The notes beneath the pieces were generated by a model that searched no databases, was not told where the DNA came from, and saw nothing but the letters and a program-made list of their open reading frames with translations. From Minisyncoccota bacterium (GTDB lineage: Bacteria > Patescibacteriota > Minisyncoccia > Phycocordibacterales > UBA9973): a stretch of DNA of 64,000 nt. The DNA lies in NCBI GenBank assembly GCA_041663005.1, contig JBAZRK010000001.1, positions 28,976-92,975 of the forward strand, read 5' to 3'. Both the position numbers and the translations under genes were made by a program. Of the stretch, positions 7,954 through 17,151 are shown piece by piece (the first letter of the stretch is position 1; every line of letters starts with the position of its first letter).

Positions 7954-9426
7954 CCCAATAGGTTGGTTAGAAGTTGCAAGTATCTTGTCAAAGGGAGAAC
8001 GCATTGAAAACACTAGGTTTTTTCCTTCTAACTGACAGTTCTGAAGTAGAAAATTAAGAAGTTGCCTTTTTTCAGGCACTTCAGAACTCTTGAAAATCTC
8101 AAGGGCCCTTTTTGCTATGTTTAGTATTGTATTTGCAATCAAATAAAACTCTTCATCTGCTTCAGAGTGGATGCTCATATCAGTCAAAATAGCACTTTGT
8201 CTTTCTTTGAACTCTTTCAATTTCTTGTCATACATTTCATCTGTAATACGACCATCTAATTTGTCGTCATACATTTTACTTATGCGGTCCTCAATTTGAT
8301 CGTATTCTTTCTTTAGGTTTGTCATATGGAACTTATGAAAACTAGCTTCACTTTTGCCCATAGAGCGTAATCCTTCAGTTATCTCTCTGATACGCTCATC
8401 AGGCATTTCTAAGCCCTCTAGGACCTTATAAACGGGCTTTAGAAGCACATTCTCAGGCACATAGTCCCGTTTACATTCCTTACGATAATTAGTGCAACTA
8501 TAGTAAATATAGGTCTTGCCGTTCTTCTTAACTTTGATTTCAGGGCTTATACCGCAACCACATTTTGAACACTTAATAAGCCCTCTAAAAATGAATGGCT
8601 TAGCTGAGTATTGAAAAGGTTTCTTATTGTAGCTCAATCTAACATCTTGGCATTTATCAAAAAGGTCCTTGCTGATGATTGGTTTATATTTATGAGTGTT
8701 GGTTTTCCCTTTATAAAGCATAACGCCATAATAGAAAGGATTTTGTAGTATATGAGCAATCATACTAACTGAAAGCATTTTTCCATTTGAACTTTTAAGC
8801 CCATATTCAAAAATCAGCTTTCTTAATTGATGATGAGAGCTGTTGCCAGTTGCATATACTTCAAACATTTTCTTGATTAGTGGTGCATCGTGTTCGTCTA
8901 ATTCTATATCTTGTTTATCTTCAATGTTCGTAAAGTTTCTGTATCCTCTAGGTGCTTTTCCTGACCATTCGTGATTATCAAACTTCTGCCAAATACTACG
9001 CTTTACATCATCAGAAAGTCGGTTTAGATATTGTTTAGCTAAGAATACTTTAGCTTCCCACATAAACATTTGATTACCTGTAGCATCTTTGTTTATGAAG
9101 AAACCGTCTTTTACGAAATGGATTTCAAGCCCTTCATTTTTACGCATCTCGTCAAGGTCCACAGCATCCTTGAAGTTTCTAGTTGCTCGGTCCACATTTT
9201 CACAGAGTAAAACCTTTATATTATTTTTTCTAATATGTTCAAGAACTTCTTCAAACTTTCTGCGGATTTTTGGACCAGCACTTTCAGAGAAGCAAAACTC
9301 TTTTTCTATTTCAAAATCTCTTTTGATTGCATATTTCCGTAAACTATCAATTTGAGCAGGGAGTGAGTGTCCTGTTTCTTCTTGCTCTTTAGTTGATACT
9401 CTTGCGAGAACTACAGCTTTTATCAT
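7942..9426 (-). CDS. large serine recombinase (resolvase/invertase catalytic domain + recombinase domain + Zn-ribbon)
   Basis: 494 aa; N-terminal VVLARVSTKEQ catalytic-Ser motif; C-terminal CSKCGCG...YYSCTNY zinc ribbon and coiled-coil tail typical of phiC31-type integrases. Confidence 0.85.
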   Translation of the reverse strand: MIKAVVLARVSTKEQEETGHSLPAQIDSLRKYAIKRDFEIEKEFCFSESAGPKIRRKFEEVLEHIRKNNIKVLLCENVDRATRNFKDAVDLDEMRKNEGLEIHFVKDGFFINKDATGNQMFMWEAKVFLAKQYLNRLSDDVKRSIWQKFDNHEWSGKAPRGYRNFTNIEDKQDIELDEHDAPLIKKMFEVYATGNSSHHQLRKLIFEYGLKSSNGKMLSVSMIAHILQNPFYYGVMLYKGKTNTHKYKPIISKDLFDKCQDVRLSYNKKPFQYSAKPFIFRGLIKCSKCGCGISPEIKVKKNGKTYIYYSCTNYRKECKRDYVPENVLLKPVYKVLEGLEMPDERIREITEGLRSMGKSEASFHKFHMTNLKKEYDQIEDRISKMYDDKLDGRITDEMYDKKLKEFKERQSAILTDMSIHSEADEEFYLIANTILNIAKRALEIFKSSEVPEKRQLLNFLLQNCQLEGKNLVFSMRSPFDKILATSNQPIGLRG

Positions 9427-10763
9427 AGGTCAAATAAATTAGTTTCAAAATCTTTTCTTGCTTCTTCTTTTTGTAATTCAATCTTTCTTTTTATGTCGCT
9501 TATCTCTTCTCTTAAAGAGATTATTTTATTTACTATTTTTTCTTGAGTTTTTATATCAGGAAGTGGAATTGGGAAGCTAAGATATTCTTGACCATTTATG
9601 TTGGGCTGTCCAGATACTCTTTGTTTAGAGTTTATCCATAACTTAAAAGGTTTTGTTTTTGAGTAGAAAAATATAAAATCAGAATTAGCGATTTTAGGGT
9701 TTATTCTATACCTAACTAAATATCCAGCATAGATACATTTACCAAAATGATTTTTATATAAAAATGTTTTTCCAACAGTATTACCTGATCTAGCTATAAG
9801 AAGGTCGTTATCCTCTAAAAGATACTGTTTATCAAACTTTTCGCTTGAAACAATTTCATCATTAAGTGAACCGTCTTCATTTATATCTGTAATTCTTACA
9901 TACCTTGTATCTGTTATTTTATCCGATGCTCTTGAGTTAGAGCCATATTTAGGTTTATCTAAAAGAGTAGTTCCAAAACTAACAATATCAAACTTTGATG
10001 ATTTCATTATTTCTTTTTTATTCCAAAAATCCCATCTATCTAATTCTTTGAAATTAGTAAGATAAAATCTTTTATTTTTTAGTTTTTCTTCAATACTTAT
10101 TCCCAATTCCTCTGATAGATAATCTTCAATTTTTTCATTAAGTTCATCTACTTTCTGTTCTAATTTTCTTACTTGAACTAATTCTTTATCATACTTGGCT
10201 ACTAGAGATTTTTGAGTAGGTATAGACGGAAGGGGTATTTCTATATTACTAAGCAGGTCAAAAGATAGGTTTTGTCTAACTGAACCCTTCGTTGATTTCT
10301 TTACTAGATGATTGAAAGTATTTGTTTTGAATAGTCGGAAGAAGAAATCATTATCTAGTTTGTCTTCTAGGCAACTAAATACAACATAAGCATTACTTAT
10401 ATACTCATATTTTTGATTTTCAGTTTTGATACCAACAGAGCCAACATTTACACGATATGGATTATAGGCAATCCAGTTTGTTTTCATTATCTTGTATGGC
10501 TGGTTTATTTTTGAACCTTTCTCTAGGTAAGCATCAAATACGCCTGTCTTGTTATTTACTCCCAAAATACCAAACTCTTGATCTGGAAAATCTTTCAGTT
10601 TTACTTTCTCTGTCTGTTCGTTTAAGACCAAGCTGAGTTTTACAAAGTCATACTTTGATTTAAGGTTATTGGTAGCATAACTTTTTACATCCCAGTTTAG
10701 CCAATTACTAAAAGACACAGTTTGAAGGTATTTGTATTCAGTTTTTTCTTTTACTGATGACAT
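9423..10763 (-). CDS. hsdS: type I restriction-modification specificity subunit
   Basis: 446 aa; two target-recognition halves separated and followed by conserved coiled-coil repeats (TQKSLVAKYDKELVQVRKLEQKVDELNEKIEDYL... and TQEKIVNKIISLREEISDIKRKIELQKEEARK); 4-nt overlap with recombinase start. Confidence 0.8.
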   Translation of the reverse strand: MSSVKEKTEYKYLQTVSFSNWLNWDVKSYATNNLKSKYDFVKLSLVLNEQTEKVKLKDFPDQEFGILGVNNKTGVFDAYLEKGSKINQPYKIMKTNWIAYNPYRVNVGSVGIKTENQKYEYISNAYVVFSCLEDKLDNDFFFRLFKTNTFNHLVKKSTKGSVRQNLSFDLLSNIEIPLPSIPTQKSLVAKYDKELVQVRKLEQKVDELNEKIEDYLSEELGISIEEKLKNKRFYLTNFKELDRWDFWNKKEIMKSSKFDIVSFGTTLLDKPKYGSNSRASDKITDTRYVRITDINEDGSLNDEIVSSEKFDKQYLLEDNDLLIARSGNTVGKTFLYKNHFGKCIYAGYLVRYRINPKIANSDFIFFYSKTKPFKLWINSKQRVSGQPNINGQEYLSFPIPLPDIKTQEKIVNKIISLREEISDIKRKIELQKEEARKDFETNLFDL

Positions 10764-10764
10764 A

Positions 10765-12888
10765 TTACTTTGTTTTTTTATACTTACGATATTCTTTTAC
10801 AACATCAATAAGCTCATTTTCACACTTTTCGCCTGTAGTTGTAATACCAGCTTTTTCAACTTCAGCTATTGGGATTTGGTAATCAAACTTTGTTTTGATT
10901 TCTTGTTTGATTTCATTATCAATCGTGCTGTTTAGAGTATTAAGTTCTTTTTTCTTTGTCTTTTTTACTTCGCCTTTTAGGTCCTTAACTTCTTTTTCCA
11001 ATTTCTCTAATTCTTTTTGGTATTTTGCTCTAATAGAGTTATTAGCTTCTTCTTTTATCTTTTCATACTTTTTACTTTCTGCATCAGTAAACTTTTGTAA
11101 GAATACCAAGCTTGGTTTTACTGTAGCCCCACTAGCTATAAATACATCTTGAGGAATAGAAACGATAAGATCTATTTTCGCTCTACCTTCAAAGTATTCA
11201 CGGACCTTTTGCAAGTTAGGATTATTCAAAAATCCTTCAGGTAATACAACTGCCATTTTTCCGCCTTTCTTAAGTATTCTTAAGTAGCGTTCCATAAATA
11301 GAACTTCGGTAAGTGTTGAGAAGTTTCCAGTTTCGTATGTATCAATAAGATTTTTACCTATATTCCTCTCTAGGTTTCTAATTGCTTCTAAACCTTCTTC
11401 GCCAAATCTCTTTTGAATATAACTTTCTTTTCCTGCATATTTATTATCATTTTCAGTTATTTTTTGGTCCTTATTTACTCTTGAGCCAAAGGGTGGGTTA
11501 GTAAGAACTATGTCAAAGCGATTTTCAAATATACCTCCAACATCTAGTAAGCCGTCATTATGATGAACTCCTCCGTGTCCATCGCCGTGCATAATCATAT
11601 TCATTTTACTTGTTCTAGCCATTCTAGGGTTAGCATCAGAACCATAAATACATTTATGAGAAAGGTCATACAATCTTGAACCTTCGGTTTGATTATCTAA
11701 TTCTTTGTTTAGCTTTTTGAACTCTGTTTCAACAACTGCATCAATTTTTTCCTTTTCGGTATCATTTGATTTTTGATACTTTTCATCAAAGTATTTTTTC
11801 TTTATTTCTTCTTTTTTATTTAGAATATCATCTTCAATCTTTTCTCTTACATAATCAAACGCCTTAATAAGAAATCCTCCTGAGCCACAACAAGGGTCGC
11901 AAATCAGATCGCCTTCCTTTGGGTCCACAATATCAATCATAAAATCAACTATGGTTCTTGGTGTAAAGAATTGACCAAGTTCACCTCTAAAGGTTTTACC
12001 TAAGAATTGTTCAAAAGCTATACCTTTTACATCATCACCAGTATCAGAAAGGTTGTATCTTTCAAGTTCTTTCACTATTTGCTCAAAGCTATTTTCACGG
12101 ATTTTGATTTCTTCATTAGCTTCAAAGAGTTCATCTTTCTCAAAATCTTCTTTTGTCTTTTCAAATAGGACCTGATAGAAAGGTTTTGAGTTCTTAGATG
12201 CTGTTTCATCATATCCTTTTTTAAGTTCGTTGAAACGACTTATTGAGAATACCTTCTTTCCTTGCTGTCTTTCATATCTAATTTTTATAAACAAGATTTT
12301 ACTTATCTCATCAAAAGCACCTTCAGGGGATAGTTTGTCATTATTTCTAATTATATTGTGGCACTTGAAAAGTAGTTTTGAAAACTCATCTCTAGTAAAT
12401 ACTTTTGTTTCTTCAGCTAATTCTTTGAGCTTTTCTTCATCATTTACATCACTTGCTTTCGGTATGTTTACAATTTCATTCAAATCAACAGGGAGCTTAT
12501 TCTCAAGCATTTGAAAATACTTTGTTTCTGCATTGTTGTGAGTTATGAAAAACTTGGCTCTAGCCCAAGAAGCATAGTTATTACCTTGATAGTAATCTTC
12601 AGGGTGTATAACGACATTGTCTGACTTACATTCAACTACAATGAAAGCATTTGTTTTACTTAGTTTTTCTTCTTTTGATTTCCAAATTACAATATCCGCT
12701 CTTGATTTTCCTTGTCCTCTTTGGCTGTTATTTACTTGAAGTTCTTCATCCATTTGCTCAAGTGAATATCCGTAATCATTTACAAGTGTGCAAATATAAT
12801 TTTGTCGGACCTCTTCTTCAGGGGTATAAGAAAGCCACTTGTTTCTTAGAGGAGAGAATATCTTATTGTTTTCCATTTGTATTTTCAT
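10765..12888 (-). CDS. hsdM: type I RM N6-adenine DNA methyltransferase subunit with extra N-terminal HsdR-N/Mrr-like domain
   Basis: 707 aa; motif I DPCCGSGGFL, motif IV LTNPPFG; N-terminal ~130 aa (RADIVIWKS...NAFIVVECKSDN) matches HsdR N-terminal (PD-(D/E)xK-like) module pattern. Confidence 0.85.
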   Translation of the reverse strand: MKIQMENNKIFSPLRNKWLSYTPEEEVRQNYICTLVNDYGYSLEQMDEELQVNNSQRGQGKSRADIVIWKSKEEKLSKTNAFIVVECKSDNVVIHPEDYYQGNNYASWARAKFFITHNNAETKYFQMLENKLPVDLNEIVNIPKASDVNDEEKLKELAEETKVFTRDEFSKLLFKCHNIIRNNDKLSPEGAFDEISKILFIKIRYERQQGKKVFSISRFNELKKGYDETASKNSKPFYQVLFEKTKEDFEKDELFEANEEIKIRENSFEQIVKELERYNLSDTGDDVKGIAFEQFLGKTFRGELGQFFTPRTIVDFMIDIVDPKEGDLICDPCCGSGGFLIKAFDYVREKIEDDILNKKEEIKKKYFDEKYQKSNDTEKEKIDAVVETEFKKLNKELDNQTEGSRLYDLSHKCIYGSDANPRMARTSKMNMIMHGDGHGGVHHNDGLLDVGGIFENRFDIVLTNPPFGSRVNKDQKITENDNKYAGKESYIQKRFGEEGLEAIRNLERNIGKNLIDTYETGNFSTLTEVLFMERYLRILKKGGKMAVVLPEGFLNNPNLQKVREYFEGRAKIDLIVSIPQDVFIASGATVKPSLVFLQKFTDAESKKYEKIKEEANNSIRAKYQKELEKLEKEVKDLKGEVKKTKKKELNTLNSTIDNEIKQEIKTKFDYQIPIAEVEKAGITTTGEKCENELIDVVKEYRKYKKTK

Positions 12889-12896
12889 AATAGTTT

Positions 12897-13088
12897 TTAT
12901 TGTGTGCTTGTTTTCTTTAAGAATGCTTCAAAGTCCGACCTATCTATACGAAACTCTTTTCCTATCTTATGTGCCTTGAGTTTCTTTTTGTCTATGTAGC
13001 GATAAATTGTCATTATGTTTAGCCCCAATTTATCTGCTAAATCTTTGGCGGTGTAGAAATCTTTTTCTTTCATATGTTTTTTATTCAT
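12897..13088 (-). CDS. excisionase-family helix-turn-helix DNA-binding protein
   Basis: 63 aa; YTAKDLADKLGLNIMTIYRYIDKKKLKAHKIGKEFRIDRSDFEAFL matches excisionase/MerR-type HTH pattern (..LS..T.YR.I..G.L.A.K.G...RI...D...F). Confidence 0.65.
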   Translation of the reverse strand: MNKKHMKEKDFYTAKDLADKLGLNIMTIYRYIDKKKLKAHKIGKEFRIDRSDFEAFLKKTSTQ

Positions 13089-13106
13089 AGTTATATTTAT
13101 AATACT

Positions 13107-14243
13107 TTACTTTTCTTTACAAGGCAAATCTTGAAGAGTGGATAAACGGAATGGTTCAAAGTCCTTTAAGCTATGCTCTATTTGCCTTACCCAAGCGTGG
13201 TATGTTTTACCTGAAATATCATCAAGAAACTTCAAATCTTCTGCTATACGATACCAAGTCCGAGTTGTAGCGTATCTTTCAATAATGGATCTAGTATCTC
13301 TTATACCTTCCTTGCTAAGAGCCCTAAGTCCTACTAAGTAAATTGCATCTACTGGCTTTATTTTCGGCTTATTTTTGAAGATAGTATCTAGCGTTTTCTT
13401 TGGATTACTTTCTACATCAAACAAGAATAAGTTTTTACCTGTTATTAGTTCGGTCCAGTAATTGAGAAGTATTTTTTGACAAAGTTCTTTATTGAAAACC
13501 TCCTTAAAGGTTGGTTTTTCCTTGAACCCTAAACTTTTTAGAGTGGCATTCATTTTTACTTTTTTTGCAAGTCTAACTTCTATTCGTAATACTTCTTTTT
13601 TATCTTTTTTAATTAAGGTATCAAACAAGGAAAGTTGGACCGAGTTTTGGTCTTTATCCATTGCTCTTTTGTCTGGTTTTTTAAGGTCCTGAACTTTGTC
13701 ATAAACAACAAGCGAGTGTGAGTTCGTATAGAACTGAAGAGAGTGTCCGCTATTTCTGAAACTATCACGATTAAGGTCCATTTTCTTACTAACATCAATC
13801 TTGTGTAGTTCAGTAATAACAAAACTTGAAGTATAACCTTCTGTTAGTTCTATGTTTTTGGAGGGGTGGAAAGCAGATACTTTCGCATTTCTCAAATCTT
13901 CGTGAGATACGCCAACTAACATATCAAGCATTGCTTCGTGTAGAGCAGATATAACTTTTTCAAAGTCCTTTTCTTCAACTTCATCAACATTGTTTCCGTA
14001 TAGCATTTTGGCTACAGAGAACTCTATCTTCAGCGGTATTTCATCGCCGTTTCTTGTCATTCTTTTCATTAGGGTTAGGCGTGGCTTGTAAGTTCCTTGT
14101 TTTTTATCTGTAGCGGTTGGATTGTTTACGCATTTCACTAAGTAATTTCCTGACATCTTAAGAATGTTCGCATTCGGTGTAAATGCTTCAGGTCTGAGCT
14201 TATAGGATCCTCTAGGGATTGTTAGGATTACTGTATCTAGCAT
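13107..14243 (-). CDS. uncharacterised island protein, possibly a replication-initiation (Rep_trans/CRI-like) protein
   Basis: 378 aa; N-terminal MLDTVILTIPRGSYKL resembles start of rolling-circle/phage replication initiator families; no other recognisable motifs; assignment tentative. Confidence 0.35.
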   Translation of the reverse strand: MLDTVILTIPRGSYKLRPEAFTPNANILKMSGNYLVKCVNNPTATDKKQGTYKPRLTLMKRMTRNGDEIPLKIEFSVAKMLYGNNVDEVEEKDFEKVISALHEAMLDMLVGVSHEDLRNAKVSAFHPSKNIELTEGYTSSFVITELHKIDVSKKMDLNRDSFRNSGHSLQFYTNSHSLVVYDKVQDLKKPDKRAMDKDQNSVQLSLFDTLIKKDKKEVLRIEVRLAKKVKMNATLKSLGFKEKPTFKEVFNKELCQKILLNYWTELITGKNLFLFDVESNPKKTLDTIFKNKPKIKPVDAIYLVGLRALSKEGIRDTRSIIERYATTRTWYRIAEDLKFLDDISGKTYHAWVRQIEHSLKDFEPFRLSTLQDLPCKEK

Positions 14244-14446
14244 ATTTTTCTTTTACATATAAATGCGGATTTACTCTTTTATCAACCTTAAGAAGCAAGG
14301 CAAAAAAACCTAATACATTGTCTTGCTCTGTTTCGCTAAGTTCTTTTAACGACCAGTCCGTATTCAATTTTTCTTTGTTTTCTTCGGACATAAAAAAACC
14401 TATAAGGTTATGCTTATAGATTATTCTTATGCTTGTTTACAAAAGT

Positions 14447-16042
14447 TTATAAACTTTTGCGGACCTTTATATATTTTGGATTTATGGATATTGTCTTAGT
14501 TGTTATTTCAAGAAAATCCTTAATAGTAGTTTCTTGGGCTATGGTCCTATTTACTGCTTTTCCTGCTTGATAAGCTTTGTTTTTCTTTATCTTTTCGCCA
14601 AAAGAGTAGCCCCAATCTTCTTGTATTTCATCATTAGCCCAAGTTTTAGAAACATCTTTGAATAAGGTTCTCATTAGTTTATGCGGATCGCTTTCTTCTT
14701 TTTTGGCAATAAGTATTTCTTTTCCTGCAAAAATAAGTTTACGGTTTTTATCATCAAAAATAGGATTTTTATCAATCTTAATTTCTTTGACTGGTTCGGT
14801 TGTTTTTCTCTTATTACTTAATCTTACTTTGAAAAGATAACCTCTATCATATAAATCAAATAAATGTTTAGGACCATATGAAAAATCTTCAATAGTAAGA
14901 TAACCTTCTCTTTCTAAGGAAAGCATAGCGTGAACAAACAAAAACAAATCCTTTATTTTGTCTTTATCGTTCAATGGGACCAGTTTTACAGTGTTGTCTG
15001 TATAGTCGCCAATATACTCAGGTTCAAAGAATGGGTGTCCTATTTCTAGGTCATTTCTTTGATACTCTTCATATTTTCCTTCAATATGTTTTACAAGCAT
15101 ATCCCTTTGTTTTTTGAAGCCAAAAAATTGAGTATGCAAAGGCGTTGAAAGTCCTTTAGAAAAGAAAGTTCCAGTTAGTCCTTTTTTACTAGTTCCGTCT
15201 AATTCATCTCTTTCAAAAGAGGTTATATATTTATCTAAAAACGCTTCTAGTTTCGTGGTGTTTTTTATAGCCAATCCAAACTCAGCGTATTCAAAAATAA
15301 GTTTTGCTAATCTTGTTTGAGTATCTTCATAAAATGCTGTTTTTTCTGTAAGAGCATTTATTTTGAATTGTTCTTTGTTGTGCCTGAAATATATACTTAA
15401 AAACCCTTCAGCTTCTTTCGTGGTCCATTTACTGCCGTCATACTCAGTAATAAGTTTGTTTATTATTTCAATAAAATCTTTATCAGATTTTTTATTAAGA
15501 ATTGCTTCTTGATATTCTCTTACTGGGGGATTAGCTAATTTTGTAAATAACACTTGATCGTCTATGTTGTTTTTTCTTTTTCTACTTATCAATTCATCTA
15601 GGAATTGTTTTTGCTCTTTTGTTAGATATTTTAAGATTTCCTTATCTTTAGGGTTTTCTAAGTAATCATTCATTGAACCTCTAACATCATCGGTAAGAAA
15701 TCCTCCTTCAACCAAGCTATAATCAGCATTCGCATATACAATAAAACCTTTTTCATCAAGAAGTTTTCCTATCTCTAAAAGATAACGCAAGACAAAAGGA
15801 GAACCCATAAGAGAATCTATTCTCTTCATTGATTGCTCATATGAATTACTTATATCTTCTTCTAGTGTAGCAATTTCACTAGGTTGTTTTGGGATCTGTA
15901 TAGGCGTAAACTTTTGGTTGGGTGTAAATAATCCGCTATTATCAGTAGATATTCTTTTATATCTAAAAAGCCAATACAAAATAAGAAGCTCTTTTTCATC
16001 TAAGTATTTTTTGTCCTTATTTTCTATATCTAAGGGGTTCAT
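14447..16042 (-). CDS. hypothetical protein (531 aa), no recognisable domain
   Basis: Long uninterrupted ORF, AT-rich island codon usage, first gene of the co-oriented island operon; no Walker, nuclease or MTase motifs seen by eye. Confidence 0.55.
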   Translation of the reverse strand: MNPLDIENKDKKYLDEKELLILYWLFRYKRISTDNSGLFTPNQKFTPIQIPKQPSEIATLEEDISNSYEQSMKRIDSLMGSPFVLRYLLEIGKLLDEKGFIVYANADYSLVEGGFLTDDVRGSMNDYLENPKDKEILKYLTKEQKQFLDELISRKRKNNIDDQVLFTKLANPPVREYQEAILNKKSDKDFIEIINKLITEYDGSKWTTKEAEGFLSIYFRHNKEQFKINALTEKTAFYEDTQTRLAKLIFEYAEFGLAIKNTTKLEAFLDKYITSFERDELDGTSKKGLTGTFFSKGLSTPLHTQFFGFKKQRDMLVKHIEGKYEEYQRNDLEIGHPFFEPEYIGDYTDNTVKLVPLNDKDKIKDLFLFVHAMLSLEREGYLTIEDFSYGPKHLFDLYDRGYLFKVRLSNKRKTTEPVKEIKIDKNPIFDDKNRKLIFAGKEILIAKKEESDPHKLMRTLFKDVSKTWANDEIQEDWGYSFGEKIKKNKAYQAGKAVNRTIAQETTIKDFLEITTKTISINPKYIKVRKSL

Positions 16043-16083
16043 ATATACTTTACTTTACTTTACTTTTAGATATAATTCAATAG

Positions 16084-16871
16084 TGGAAAATCAAAAATAC
16101 AGATTATACATAGATGAGTCGGGCACTCATAAATACAGTAATTCTACTGACATCAAAGAACGCTATTTGTGTTTATTAGGGGTGATAATTTCTTCTGAGC
16201 ACAATCAAAACTTTATTTCTCCAAAATGGGAAGAGTTAAGAAATATATTTACACAAGATGCTGATTTTCCGCCTGTCTTTCATTATGTAGATGTTGTAAG
16301 TGGGAATAATGGGTTTGGAAAACTATCTGAACAAAATACCAGAGAAACATTTAATCAAAAGTATTTAGAACTCTTAAAAGATGGCGAATATACCATTTGT
16401 TGTGTTGTATTAGATAAAAAAACACATATTGAAACATATAATACCTCAGCTATGCATCCGTATCATTATTGCCTAAATGTTCTCTTGGAAAGATATGTAA
16501 GGTTTTTATCAAGTAAAAATGCAAGTGGTGATGTTTTAGCTGAAGCCAGAGGAAAAAAAGAAGATAATTTACTTCGTTCAGAGTTTGAGAGATTTTATGA
16601 ACACGGAACATCTTTTCTGGAAGCTGATATTGTAAAAAAGCGATTGACGAGCCATAAGCTAAAACTCAAAACTAAGGAAGCTAAAATTGCTGGTTTAGAA
16701 ATTGCAGATATGTTGGCTACGCCAATGAAGTATCTGACACTTAAAAAATATAAGAAAATAGATGCTCTGAGTGATAATTTTACAAAAACTGTATTAGATA
16801 CTGTTTTCTCTAAAGTTCGTAAAAGTCCCTTTACTGGTTCTACTCAAGGTTATGGGATCAAGCTAATATAA
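16084..16871 (+). CDS. DUF3800 family protein
   Basis: Probable GTG start at 16084 just after TATAAT (16070-16075); N-terminal YRLYIDESGT motif characteristic of DUF3800; annotated ORF extension to 15918 overlaps divergent gene and is rejected. Confidence 0.5.
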
Positions 16872-17111
16872 ATAGAAAAACCAGCTTTCGCTGGTCCTCT
16901 ACGACGCTCTTACGAGACATCCCACTCCAATAAATGGATTACTTTTATTATACCAGTTTTAAGCTCAAAATGATAGGAAAAACTTTTTGGTGTGTATAAC
17001 TTATTATATAGCCACTGGTCTTTGTAAAAGCCCTAAAATACCGCTAAAGCCCAATTCTTTCTGTATTTCTTTCCAATTGATAGTTCTGAACTCGGACAAT
17101 ACAGGGAGCAA

Positions 17112-17146
17112 TGTTAAAATCTTAAGTCCACGAAAGTGGGCTTAAG
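17112..17146 (-). terminator. hairpin terminator downstream of PP-loop gene (possibly bidirectional)
   Basis: cttaagtccacgaaagtgggcttaag stem-loop flanked by A/T runs on both sides. Confidence 0.4.
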
Positions 17147-17151
17147 ATTTT

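Larger units (their letters stand above)
7942..17110. mobile_element. ~9 kb AT-rich integrative island at tRNA-Asn 3' end (serine-recombinase element carrying type I RM M+S)
   Basis: Marked drop to ~30% GC versus ~40-50% in flanking genes; large serine recombinase ORF overlaps last 12 nt of tRNA-Asn; excisionase-like HTH, Rep-like and DUF3800 genes; all cargo co-oriented and tightly packed; right boundary approximate (no long direct repeat of tRNA end found). Confidence 0.6.

Noticed and set aside
15918-16083. Upstream in-frame extension of the DUF3800 ORF
   Set aside because: It overlaps the 5' end of the divergent 531-aa gene by 125 nt and precedes the TATAAT box. The conserved DESG motif begins right after GTG 16084.
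16872-17150. Search for a direct repeat of the tRNA-Asn 3' end marking the island's right boundary
   Set aside because: No convincing match above 10 nt was found by eye. Serine recombinases need only a 2-bp crossover identity, so the right boundary is left approximate rather than called.
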